Below are positions 9,299 to 17,419 of a stretch of DNA of 22,670 bases, piece after piece. This stretch comes from Cyanobacteriota bacterium (lineage in GTDB: Bacteria > Cyanobacteriota > Cyanobacteriia > Cyanobacteriales > Nostocaceae), in NCBI GenBank assembly GCA_046045965.1, contig JBJOKS010000047.1:1-22670 (forward strand). Direction: 5' to 3'. The position numbers and the translations under genes were made by a program. The notes below the pieces were generated by a model. The model was not told where the DNA came from, did no database searches, and saw only the letters and a program-made list of their open reading frames with translations. How positions within the stretch are numbered: position 1 is the stretch's first letter; each line of letters opens with the position of its first letter.

Positions 9299-9631
9299 CT
9301 AATACTGTATAATCTCAAAGATTTTGTTAATGACTTCTGTTAATTTTTCAGATTTTATTTCACCTACTTTATATAGGATAATTTGTTGATAAGCAGTAAA
9401 AAGCCGATTGGGTCTAATATTACTTGGCTGATTTAACCCACCTGAGTTAAAATCAGAATTATCTAGTCCAATGGCATATCTATCACTAACAGATTGACTG
9501 GTAATTTGACAAAGAATCAAGTCATTTCCCTGAAGCGTAGCAATAATTAAAGCAGGTCTACGTTTGGTTTGACTTAAATCTGAAAATGGAAAGGGAACAA
9601 TTACAACATCACCTTTTATAAATTCTGCCAT
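9299..9631 (-). CDS. mazF: PemK/MazF-family endoribonuclease toxin
   Basis: Likely start is ATG 9631 (MAEFIKGDVVIVPFPFSDLSQTKRRPALII...LCQITS). It overlaps the upstream antitoxin gene by 16 nt. Confidence 0.92.
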   Translation of the reverse strand: MAEFIKGDVVIVPFPFSDLSQTKRRPALIIATLQGNDLILCQITSQSVSDRYAIGLDNSDFNSGGLNQPSNIRPNRLFTAYQQIILYKVGEIKSEKLTEVINKIFEIIQY

Positions 9632-9813
9632 GCTGCGTCTTCCTCTGGTTTTAACCAATCATGTGCCAGCGAAGATTCACTCATCATCATAATTTCTAAA
9701 ATCTCTTTTTGTTGATGTTTAGTTTGTAAAAATTGCACAAAATCTAAAACCTCTTTTAACACCGATTCAGGTAGTCTTTCTAACTCTTGCGTAATTTGCT
9801 CTTTAATTGTCAT
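9616..9813 (-). CDS. Putative antitoxin (DUF2281-type) cognate to the MazF toxin
   Basis: LERLPESVLKEVLDFVQFL N-terminus and SESSLAHDWLKPEEDAAWQNL acidic tail, typical of MazF partners. TGaTATGAT extended -10 at 9854-9846. Confidence 0.85.
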   Translation of the reverse strand: MTIKEQITQELERLPESVLKEVLDFVQFLQTKHQQKEILEIMMMSESSLAHDWLKPEEDAAWQNL

Positions 9814-9884
9814 GGGATTTTACCATTTACTAACTCTCAATAAATATCATATCAAATTCAGCAGTAAGTATAAAGTAATTAGAT

Positions 9885-10100
9885 TTATATATTCACTGCA
9901 ACTTTACCAACAATTGTAGAAGATTCAGGCATAGGTTTTCCATCTTCTTTCAATACTTCTAAATACAATTCTATAGCTTCTTTAATATTTTCCTGTACTT
10001 CTGCTAAAGTATCCCCAATGCTGACACAACCGGGTAAGTCAGGAACATAAGCACCCCAATTTGTTTCACCACGTTCATAAATTACTGTGTATTCAATCAT
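9885..10100 (-). CDS. hicB: HicB-family antitoxin (short form)
   Basis: MIEYTVIYERGETNWGAYVPDLPGCVSIGDTLAEVQENIKEAI. ATG 10100 has an AGGAG RBS. Confidence 0.92.
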   Translation of the reverse strand: MIEYTVIYERGETNWGAYVPDLPGCVSIGDTLAEVQENIKEAIELYLEVLKEDGKPMPESSTIVGKVAVNI

Positions 10101-10129
10101 TATATTTCTCCTAATTTTGCTTGCTTCCA
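10100..10129 (-). pseudogene. hicA: 3' stub of a deleted hicA toxin gene
   Basis: Reads WKQAKLGEI* with TAA overlapping the hicB ATG (TAATG), like the HicA C-terminal (S)IxKQA motif. Upstream the frame runs into a REP arm and a stop at 10168. Confidence 0.6.
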
Positions 10130-10136
10130 ATTTAAT

Positions 10137-10149
10137 AAGTCGGGGATTT
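10137..10149. repeat. Half copy (single arm) of the AGATCCCCGACTTCT REP
   Basis: AAGTCGGGGATTT, identical to 9284-9296. Confidence 0.8.
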
Positions 10150-10152
10150 GAA

Positions 10153-10161
10153 TGTTATAAT
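10153..10161 (+). promoter_or_regulatory. Extended -10 promoter element (TGtTATAAT) for the ATPase-TOPRIM operon
   Basis: Perfect TGnTATAAT about 45 nt upstream of ATG 10206. Confidence 0.6.
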
Positions 10162-10205
10162 AAACCTAGTCTCATTATTTCTCTGTTGTCTTCATCTTAC
10201 AAATT

Positions 10206-11375
10206 ATGTTTACAAGCATAAAAATAGAGAATTTTCGAGGTTTAAAATCCTTTGAACTTCAGCAACTAGGTAGAATTAATTTACTGGTTGGTGAAAATAA
10301 TACAGGTAAAACGTCTATATTAGAAGCTATTCAGCTTTTATGTTCAGGTACAAATCTTGAACCCCTTGCAGAAATAATGATTAACCGGGGTGAATATTTT
10401 TGGAGTGATGATCCGAAAGAAGAACGTGAACTTGATATTTGTCATTTATTTTACGATCATCAATTTGATATAGATAGTCAATTTTCTATTTCAGGAATTA
10501 ATGATAATATTAAAGAGGAGTTTTATGTCAAGGTATTAAACCTCCAACTACAGATTGATAATAATTTAGAAGAATTAGATAAGTTGGACAAAGAATCAAA
10601 AAAAGCAATTATTGAAAAGTTATTTAATAAATTCAAAAGCTTGAGTTTGAGAGTATTTTGGCAGCAAGAAGATAAAATAAGAACAGTTTCAAATTTAAAA
10701 TTATTAGATAGTAATTGTCTATCATTGGAATTAGTTAAACGTTTCACTAGAGAACAAAACAATCAATTTAATATTAGTAAAAGTTTGTTTATTCATTCTT
10801 CTTCTTTAAAGTCCACAAAAATGATAGAGCTATTTGAGGAATTAGTGTTAACACCGGAAGAAGAAATAGTAACAGAATCAATGAGAATTATTGAGCCAAA
10901 AATTGAACGTATTGCTACAGCAAATGTACAAAAATATGGTCAGATAGCAAGATTAAGTTCTACTGTTGCTGATTCACATACTGGTTTCTTTGTGCGTCTT
11001 AGTGATAATAAACAGCGTGTACCAATTGGCAGTATGGGAGATGGAATTTGGCGAATTTTAGGACTTGCACTAGCAATAGTATCAGTAAAAAATGGTTATT
11101 TATTTGTAGATGAAATTGATACTGGACTTCATTTTACTGCCATGTCTGATATGTGGAAAATGATTTGGGACACAGCGAAAAAATTAAACGTCCAGGTTTT
11201 TGCAACTACCCATAATAGTGATTGTTGGAAAAGTTTAGCCGAAATTGCAAAGCAAGAAAATGTCACTGATGATGGTATTAGGATTCATAGAATTGAAAAA
11301 GATAAATCAAAAAGTATAGTTTTCAATGAATCTCAAATGGTCATTGCTGCGGAAAGAGAACTGGAGGTACGTTAG
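10206..11375 (+). CDS. ABC-type ATPase (AAA_15/AAA_21-like; OLD/AriA-type)
   Basis: IKIENFRG N-terminus, Walker A GENNTGKT, signature-like SMGDG, Walker B/D-loop LFVDEIDTGLH and H-loop ATTHN. No transmembrane partner nearby. Confidence 0.92.
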   Translation: MFTSIKIENFRGLKSFELQQLGRINLLVGENNTGKTSILEAIQLLCSGTNLEPLAEIMINRGEYFWSDDPKEERELDICHLFYDHQFDIDSQFSISGINDNIKEEFYVKVLNLQLQIDNNLEELDKLDKESKKAIIEKLFNKFKSLSLRVFWQQEDKIRTVSNLKLLDSNCLSLELVKRFTREQNNQFNISKSLFIHSSSLKSTKMIELFEELVLTPEEEIVTESMRIIEPKIERIATANVQKYGQIARLSSTVADSHTGFFVRLSDNKQRVPIGSMGDGIWRILGLALAIVSVKNGYLFVDEIDTGLHFTAMSDMWKMIWDTAKKLNVQVFATTHNSDCWKSLAEIAKQENVTDDGIRIHRIEKDKSKSIVFNESQMVIAAERELEVR

Positions 11376-11377
11376 CA

Positions 11378-12028
11378 ATGGCAAAAAAGGATAAACCTAA
11401 AAAATTATTAGTTGAAGGTCAAGATGATTTACGAGTGATACCAGAATTAATTGAAAAAAATGGGATTTTTTGGGGTAATAAAAAAGAAGAAGCAATTATA
11501 TCAATTCAAGAATGTGGAGGTTATGAAAATATTACCTATGACCTGATATATACAGAATTACAAACTAGAGGACGCACACATTTAGGTTTAATGGTAGATG
11601 CTGATGATGATGCGTTTTTACGTTGGCAAAGTATCAGAAATGCTTGTTTACCAAATATTCCTCATCTTCCTGAAGCTATACCGGAAAATGGGTTAATTAT
11701 TAATACACCAGATAATCAAAAATTTGGTGTTTGGATTATGCCAGATAATATCATAGAAGGGATGTTAGAAACTTTTTTAGGTTATATGATTCCTGAACAG
11801 GGAGAATATCTTTGGGAATATGCACAGGAAGTAGTCAGAGAAGCAAAAAATAAAGGTGCAACATTTAAAGAATCTTATATTGATAAAGCAGAAATTTACA
11901 CCTGGTTAGCATGGCAAGATGAACCAGGTAGACAAATACATCAAGCTATCAAGTATAATATATTGAATCCGCAAACTACCAAAGTGCAGACTTTTATGAA
12001 ATGGTTTAAGGATTTGTATGATTTGTAA
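11378..12028 (+). CDS. TOPRIM-like protein (DUF3226/DUF4435-type), putative nuclease partner of the ATPase
   Basis: LLVEGQDD and GLMVDADDD (TOPRIM E and DxD motifs), plus WIMPDN...GMLETFL and DKA. It starts 2 nt after the ATPase stop with a GGAGG RBS. Confidence 0.85.
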   Translation: MAKKDKPKKLLVEGQDDLRVIPELIEKNGIFWGNKKEEAIISIQECGGYENITYDLIYTELQTRGRTHLGLMVDADDDAFLRWQSIRNACLPNIPHLPEAIPENGLIINTPDNQKFGVWIMPDNIIEGMLETFLGYMIPEQGEYLWEYAQEVVREAKNKGATFKESYIDKAEIYTWLAWQDEPGRQIHQAIKYNILNPQTTKVQTFMKWFKDLYDL

Positions 12029-12079
12029 TTTGCTACACTTAATTATCTTCTTAAACGTCAACCAAAGGAGTAACCAAAA

Positions 12080-12340
12080 ATGGGACGCATTAACCCCTAT
12101 ACCCTACAAATGCAAATCACCACAATGTTCAAAGATGGACAATCATTTTTTGCATTAACAAAAGTTCAAGATTGGTTAAAAGAACATAATCAAAACCCCT
12201 TAGAATATGATGTTATCTTTCACAAAAAACCCGCACCTCCCGGTTCAAAAGAAGTCATGGTCATAGAAATAGAACTCAAACGCAAAGATGGACAACCAGT
12301 AGATCCTTGGTTACAAGAACAAGCTAATTTACACGCTTAA
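12080..12340 (+). CDS. Conserved cyanobacterial hypothetical protein
   Basis: 86-aa ORF with a strong AAGGAG RBS and host-like composition. Confidence 0.8.
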   Translation: MGRINPYTLQMQITTMFKDGQSFFALTKVQDWLKEHNQNPLEYDVIFHKKPAPPGSKEVMVIEIELKRKDGQPVDPWLQEQANLHA

Positions 12341-12433
12341 TTGATAATTATGAAAAATTCCCAATATACAACTAGAAAATTTACGGAATCAGATTTGATA
12401 TTCCTGTAGTTAACAAAAACACCATCAAAAATC

Positions 12434-12832
12434 ATGCAAATGACAAATCATCAACGTTGGGTTTTTGCCTTTTGGGTTTATTTGGGAATTTTACTTTTTA
12501 TTTCTCTTTCCGCTTACCTGCGAATTATCCCCACAGAAATATCTCAATTTCCCTATTATGACACAATTTTACATTTTCTATTACTCGGAATTGCAGCTTA
12601 CTTGAGTCATAAAGCATTGAGAAAACGTAAGTTGCAAATATTCAATCTTCCCCTACCTCTTGCACCATTAATAGTCTTCATTTTTTGTATATTTGACGAA
12701 ATAATTCAATCTTTTGTACCTTATCGTAGTGCAGATTTTACGGATTTAGTTGCTGATATTTTAGGTATTATTGTATTTACTTGGTTAGCAGAAATATTTC
12801 CCAAATCTTCCCCAAACCAACAACATGAATAA
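12434..12832 (+). CDS. VanZ-family membrane protein
   Basis: DTILHFLLLG, DEIIQSFVPYRSADFTDLVADILG and several hydrophobic helices. Confidence 0.88.
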   Translation: MQMTNHQRWVFAFWVYLGILLFISLSAYLRIIPTEISQFPYYDTILHFLLLGIAAYLSHKALRKRKLQIFNLPLPLAPLIVFIFCIFDEIIQSFVPYRSADFTDLVADILGIIVFTWLAEIFPKSSPNQQHE

Positions 12833-13457
12833 TATAAATCTTTGGACATCATCGGAACACGCTTTAAGCTATTTAGGAAAAGCAGATAAAATACCCCATC
12901 GCACGGAAGGGGAAGCAGTTTTATTATCTCAAGTTCCCAAAACCGTTAAACGTATTCTCGACTTAGGAACAGGAGATGGCCGCTTACTCGCACTATTAAA
13001 AATAGACCGCTCCCAAATGCAAAGCGTCGCTATTGACTTTTCTCCTACTATGTTGGAAGCTGTAAAAAATCGGTTTGCAGATGATAATACTGTAGAAATT
13101 ATCGCTCATAATTTAGATGAACCTTTACCAGATTTAGGTTTATTTGATGCTGTTGTTTCTAGTTTTGCAATTCATCATTTAAGTCATGAAAGGAAACATT
13201 CGTTATATCAAGAGGTTTTCCAAATCTTAAAACCTAGTGGTATTTTCTGCAATTTAGAACACGTTGCTTCACCCACACCAGCATTACATGAAAAGTTTTT
13301 AAAAGAAATTGGTACGTTACCAGAAAATGATGATCCATCTAATAAATTGTTAGATGTAGGAACCCAGCTACAATGGTTAAGAGAAATCGGTTTTATTGAT
13401 GTAGATTGTTATTGGAAATGGTTAGAATTAGCATTGTTGATAGGAGTTAAAAATTAA
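12825..13457 (+). CDS. Class I SAM-dependent methyltransferase
   Basis: ILDLGTGDG motif I, FDAVVSSFAIHHL and LKPSG. It overlaps the VanZ gene by 8 nt. Confidence 0.92.
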   Translation: MNNINLWTSSEHALSYLGKADKIPHRTEGEAVLLSQVPKTVKRILDLGTGDGRLLALLKIDRSQMQSVAIDFSPTMLEAVKNRFADDNTVEIIAHNLDEPLPDLGLFDAVVSSFAIHHLSHERKHSLYQEVFQILKPSGIFCNLEHVASPTPALHEKFLKEIGTLPENDDPSNKLLDVGTQLQWLREIGFIDVDCYWKWLELALLIGVKN

Positions 13458-13476
13458 ATACACAAAAGCTAAAAAA

Positions 13477-14019
13477 CTAAATTTGATGCAACCACCACTC
13501 CATAAAAACAGCACGACATTGTAAACAATGAAGATGGTTAAGTAAATCATTAACACCTGTGCTATTTATGGGGTATAATGCACCAATATATTCTTGATCA
13601 ATTTCCAAATTAGATTGAATTTCTGCGACAAAACCATAAAGTTTTTGATTAGAGAAAGAACTATTAACTAACCAACCTTGGTTATTCAAAGCAGAAATTT
13701 TAGTAATCTGATTTTCAGAAATTCCTAATTCCCGTAATAGAATATTTGCAACAGCAAATTCTAAAGATTCACCATCACGAACACGACCACCGGGAAAGTC
13801 TAAAGTTAATTCTCCCACTCCCGGACGATAACTAGGAGGTGGTAAAATTATAGAATTTTTGTGAATAGGTAAAATAACAACTGAATCAGCTTTTTCAACC
13901 CGCCAATATTCTAAAATATTACCATGATCATCCTGCAATTTTTCACCAATTAATGTTAACCATTTTGAACGCAGTTCTAAAAATCGCTCCTCAATCTGCC
14001 AGTGTTTTGATTTTGTCAT
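13477..14019 (-). CDS. Nudix-fold protein (ADP-ribose pyrophosphatase-like) with degenerate Nudix box
   Basis: YRPGVGELTLDFPGGRVRDGESLEFAVANILLRELGI. ATG at 14019. Confidence 0.8.
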   Translation of the reverse strand: MTKSKHWQIEERFLELRSKWLTLIGEKLQDDHGNILEYWRVEKADSVVILPIHKNSIILPPPSYRPGVGELTLDFPGGRVRDGESLEFAVANILLRELGISENQITKISALNNQGWLVNSSFSNQKLYGFVAEIQSNLEIDQEYIGALYPINSTGVNDLLNHLHCLQCRAVFMEWWLHQI

Positions 14020-14073
14020 CAAATTTTCTCACCGATTTTTTAAAATATTTTCAAATCTCTTATTTCAAACTAA

Positions 14074-14120
14074 CTTCTATTTTTCTCCTCTGCGTCCTCT
14101 GCGTCTCTGCGGTTCGTTTC
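14074..14120 (-). repeat. CGCAGAG-type dispersed repeat forming the 3' end of the LpxB-like gene
   Basis: GAAACGAACCGCAGAGACGCAGAGGACGCAGAGGAGAAAAATAGAAG is 41/47 identical to the split copy at 965-973 + 1001-1038. Confidence 0.85.
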
Positions 14121-15360
14121 TTAAATCTATAATTAATTCTCTGACCAAACCTGCTAACTTTTGTGCAGCACCACCTTCACCCCTAGCACTGCGTAAATTA
14201 TCTTTAATTGCTGCTAACTTTTCAGGATTTTCTAACAAATCTAAAACCATTTCTCCCACAATTTCCGGTTGCAATTTACCCACTAATTCTGGTACAATTT
14301 CACTTTGCGCCCAAATATTTGGCCAAGCTAATAAACCTTTATTTTTAAAAGCCCACCAATTAATTAATTTAGCAAAAGTTGAACCTACTCCGGGTAAATT
14401 TGCTAATAAACCTGGTAAACCATCCCAAGAACGCATTGCATCTAATTGTTGGGTGGGTAATAGGACTAACATAGGTACACCTAAAGCCCCTAATTCTGCG
14501 GTATTTGCACCAACGGTAGTTAGACAAAGGGAACATTGAGATAATAAATGATAAGCAGGGTTTTCTTGTTTTAATTCCACTGTTAAACCTGTAGAGGTTT
14601 TCAGATAATTATCTATTAAAGATGCACCTTGAAAACCAAAAGCTTTAGTAAATTCGTTATTTTCAGGATTTGCAAAACTGGCTAAAGTTCGTAAATCTAA
14701 AGTAGGTGCAACAGGAATAAAAAACTTTATTTCAGGTTTTTTAGTATGAATATATTCAGCGATCGCTAAAGTTAAAGGTACACCTTGAGTTAACTTTGCT
14801 GCTTTTGAACCTGGTAACATCCCAATTAATTCAATTTTAGATTTTGGATTTTGGATTTTGGATTTGATATCATCTTGTGCAGCTGCTTCCAACATCAAAT
14901 CACCGACAACGGTAAACTTATGAATATATTTGGGTGAGACATTTTTGATAACTTGGGGTTTCATCACTCCAAAACTGTCTATAAAATTATGCCAACGTGC
15001 TTCCCATTCTGCATAAACTACAATTTTATATCCTAATTTTTTACCAATAATCACGGAAAAAATTTGATCTCCACCCAAAAATATCACTACACCTTTTTCT
15101 CTCCAATCCCAATTTTCTGCTGTTTTTCCTGTTAATAAAAACTGCCAAAAATGCTCAGGTGCTTGAACTCTATTTACTTCTGGATAAGAACTAGCTATAC
15201 TTGCTTCTTTACCACTTGCATGAGGACAAGGTGATAAAATTACAGAAATTCTCACTTGAGAAATATCATTTCCTAATTGTTCTCTTAATGCTTTGACAAC
15301 TGGACGCACCCAAGTTGTAACTTCCCCTGGTCCATTGGAAAGAATGAGAATGTCTATCAT
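14077..15360 (-). CDS. Lipid-A-disaccharide synthase-related glycosyltransferase (LpxB-like)
   Basis: ILILSNGPGE, VVGDLM, IGMLPGSK, GANTAELGALGVPM and AWPNIWA...IVPEL are LpxB/GT-B-type motifs. Confidence 0.85.
   Translation of the reverse strand: MIDILILSNGPGEVTTWVRPVVKALREQLGNDISQVRISVILSPCPHASGKEASIASSYPEVNRVQAPEHFWQFLLTGKTAENWDWREKGVVIFLGGDQIFSVIIGKKLGYKIVVYAEWEARWHNFIDSFGVMKPQVIKNVSPKYIHKFTVVGDLMLEAAAQDDIKSKIQNPKSKIELIGMLPGSKAAKLTQGVPLTLAIAEYIHTKKPEIKFFIPVAPTLDLRTLASFANPENNEFTKAFGFQGASLIDNYLKTSTGLTVELKQENPAYHLLSQCSLCLTTVGANTAELGALGVPMLVLLPTQQLDAMRSWDGLPGLLANLPGVGSTFAKLINWWAFKNKGLLAWPNIWAQSEIVPELVGKLQPEIVGEMVLDLLENPEKLAAIKDNLRSARGEGGAAQKLAGLVRELIIDLRNEPQRRRGRRGEK
14834..14867. repeat. 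In-frame STRR heptamer array (ATTTTGG) inside the LpxB-like gene
   Basis: ATTTTAG, 3x ATTTTGG, ATTTGA. It encodes KSKIQNPKSKI. Confidence 0.9.
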
Positions 15361-15392
15361 ATTATTTTGAATAGTGATTTAATTTGTTATGG

Positions 15393-15441
15393 TTGGTAAT
15401 TGGTAATTGGTAATTGGTAATTGGTAATTGGTAATTGGTAA
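15393..15441. repeat. STRR heptamer tandem repeat (TTGGTAA)x7
   Basis: Seven perfect units between the UDG and LpxB-like genes. Confidence 0.97.
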
Positions 15442-15465
15442 ACACTCTTTTCTATCACCTGTCAC

Positions 15466-16149
15466 CTAAAAACTGTCACCTCTGATCTCATCATACTTAG
15501 CCCTAACAGCCTGTATATCTTGCCACATCAACCATTTGGGTGAGCCTTGTTCCCTAGAAGGGTTACGCAACAGATAAGAAGGATGGAAAATAGGCATACA
15601 TAAACGCCCTTCCCACTCTATCCATTGTCCGCGAATTTTCGTAATTCCTTGTTTACTACCTGTAATTCCTTTAACAGCAGTTGCACCTGTTAATAAAATG
15701 ATTTTTGGGTCAACCAGGCGAATTTGTTCTAATAAATAAGGTTTACAAGCCGCCATTTCTTCAGGAGTGGGAACTCGGTTTTCCGGTGGACGGCATTTGA
15801 GTATATTACAAATATATACATCTTTCTCGGTACTCAAGTTTACAGATGCCAAAATTTTCTCCAATAATTGTCCAGACTTACCAACAAATGGTAAACCAGT
15901 TTCATCTTCCTGTTGTCCTGGTGCTTCCCCAATAATCATGATTTTAGCTTGGAGGTTGCCCCTTCCAACTACAGCATGAGTGCGATTTTCACCTAAACCA
16001 CAACGACGGCAAATGTTACAGTGCTGTGCTAAGTCAGTTATATTTCCATAAGTGCCAGAGGGAATAGGAATTTTCGCATCTGTGGGAATCAAGTCCTTTT
16101 GGTTAAAGTTTGATTCGTTAAAAAGGCTGAGTTGGGTGTCGCTGTTCAT
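15466..16149 (-). CDS. Uracil-DNA glycosylase, family 4 (4Fe-4S)
   Basis: CNICRRC, IGEAPG, PFVGKSG, NILKCRPPENR and FHPSYLLR. Confidence 0.93.
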   Translation of the reverse strand: MNSDTQLSLFNESNFNQKDLIPTDAKIPIPSGTYGNITDLAQHCNICRRCGLGENRTHAVVGRGNLQAKIMIIGEAPGQQEDETGLPFVGKSGQLLEKILASVNLSTEKDVYICNILKCRPPENRVPTPEEMAACKPYLLEQIRLVDPKIILLTGATAVKGITGSKQGITKIRGQWIEWEGRLCMPIFHPSYLLRNPSREQGSPKWLMWQDIQAVRAKYDEIRGDSF

Positions 16150-16272
16150 GAAAATGGGGATTTTAGCTGGGGTGTTTCTAAAGTAGACGTTTGTTGAATA
16201 TTGATATTAGTGAGAATTCCATTGTATCAACTCATTGGTATTAAAGTGATGTTCAAGTTCAATCATGCTTAA

Positions 16273-17367
16273 TTACAATGCTTCCGGTGGAGAAATATCA
16301 GATCCAAGACAGACACCAGTAGTTTTAGACTTGACACCTGGTTTAACATTTGTTTCCGTCTTTAGAGTTGATTCACATAGTGATGAAGATGTGGGAATAA
16401 TAACTTGAGAATTTTGTACTGCTTGATTGTTTGCTTGCTGAGAAATTAAGGATAATCCTCCCACTGCACCAGCTACAAGGACTGTATAACCTACATATAA
16501 ATGTGTGGGACTAATTTCTAAATTGAATTGTCGAGGAGAATTTTTGGTTTGATACCAAGATGGTAAAACGGACTTAGATTGATGCGGTAGGGGTAAGGAA
16601 TTAGCTAAAATTGTACCATTTAGTCCTAAAGCATTGGCCATCACGCGGATAAAACCACGAATTAAGATATCTTCTGGTAATTGCTCCAAATCAGCATTTT
16701 CCACTGCTTCCATTTGATGAACTGATATATGAGTGTATATATTGAGTTTTTGCAGAGTTAGTCCTTGAGATTCTCGTGTTTGTCTGAGTTGTTCTCCAAT
16801 TTGACGCAAACTTTCTAACCGCTGTTCTGCTGCTACTTGTGCTGCTAGTTGACTTTTAGAAAGTTTATGATTTTGCCACAACCATTTTATAGGTGTTTTT
16901 GGTTTCGATGGTTCTTCTATGGTTTTATTTGCTACTAAATCAGATTGATCAAGTTTTGATTCAGATGTTGATGGCAAATTGGTTTGAGGGGTATCTACCA
17001 ACTCTGTTTGTGAGGTTGATGCAGGACTTTTGAAACTGAGTGGTGAATTACTAGATTGTTCGATATTTACATTTGATAACTCAGTGTCATCTACTGGAAG
17101 ATGGATATTTTCAACAGACTCCTGTTTGCGGGCAAATTGCTGAAATGCTAAAGTAATCGCTTCTCTACCGACGGCTTTAAATAAATTTGTGGCTTGTTCA
17201 TTGGATGCACCAAGTAACTTCTGCACATTAGCCACCGCTAGGCGATAAACTTTACTTCGGTGCAGTTCAGATTCTATCTCTCTCAGTAGCGATCGCAATT
17301 CATCTTTACTAATTTGAACAGTGGGATTACCAGGAATGTTGAATAAGTACGCAGATGCCATAGTCAT
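16273..17367 (-). CDS. RodZ-type HTH membrane protein with long N-terminal extension and no long extracytoplasmic domain
   Basis: IGEQLRQTRESQGLTL...LPEDILIRGFIRVMANALGL (RodZ-type HTH) followed by a TM segment YVGYTVLVAGAVGGLSLI. Start placed at ATG 17367 (GGAGAG RBS) rather than TTG 17454. Confidence 0.85.
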   Translation of the reverse strand: MTMASAYLFNIPGNPTVQISKDELRSLLREIESELHRSKVYRLAVANVQKLLGASNEQATNLFKAVGREAITLAFQQFARKQESVENIHLPVDDTELSNVNIEQSSNSPLSFKSPASTSQTELVDTPQTNLPSTSESKLDQSDLVANKTIEEPSKPKTPIKWLWQNHKLSKSQLAAQVAAEQRLESLRQIGEQLRQTRESQGLTLQKLNIYTHISVHQMEAVENADLEQLPEDILIRGFIRVMANALGLNGTILANSLPLPHQSKSVLPSWYQTKNSPRQFNLEISPTHLYVGYTVLVAGAVGGLSLISQQANNQAVQNSQVIIPTSSSLCESTLKTETNVKPGVKSKTTGVCLGSDISPPEAL

Positions 17368-17419
17368 GATCTCAGTCTCTCCGGGTGCTAGAGGGAAAAG
17401 TGATTTTACCTGTGTCATT

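Noticed and set aside
10523..10762. 79-aa minus ORF
   Set aside because: Antisense shadow of the ATPase gene.
15393..15441. Tandem repeats as a possible CRISPR array
   Set aside because: The units are contiguous 7-mers with no spacers and there are no cas genes. These are STRR repeats, and no CRISPR is seen in the window.
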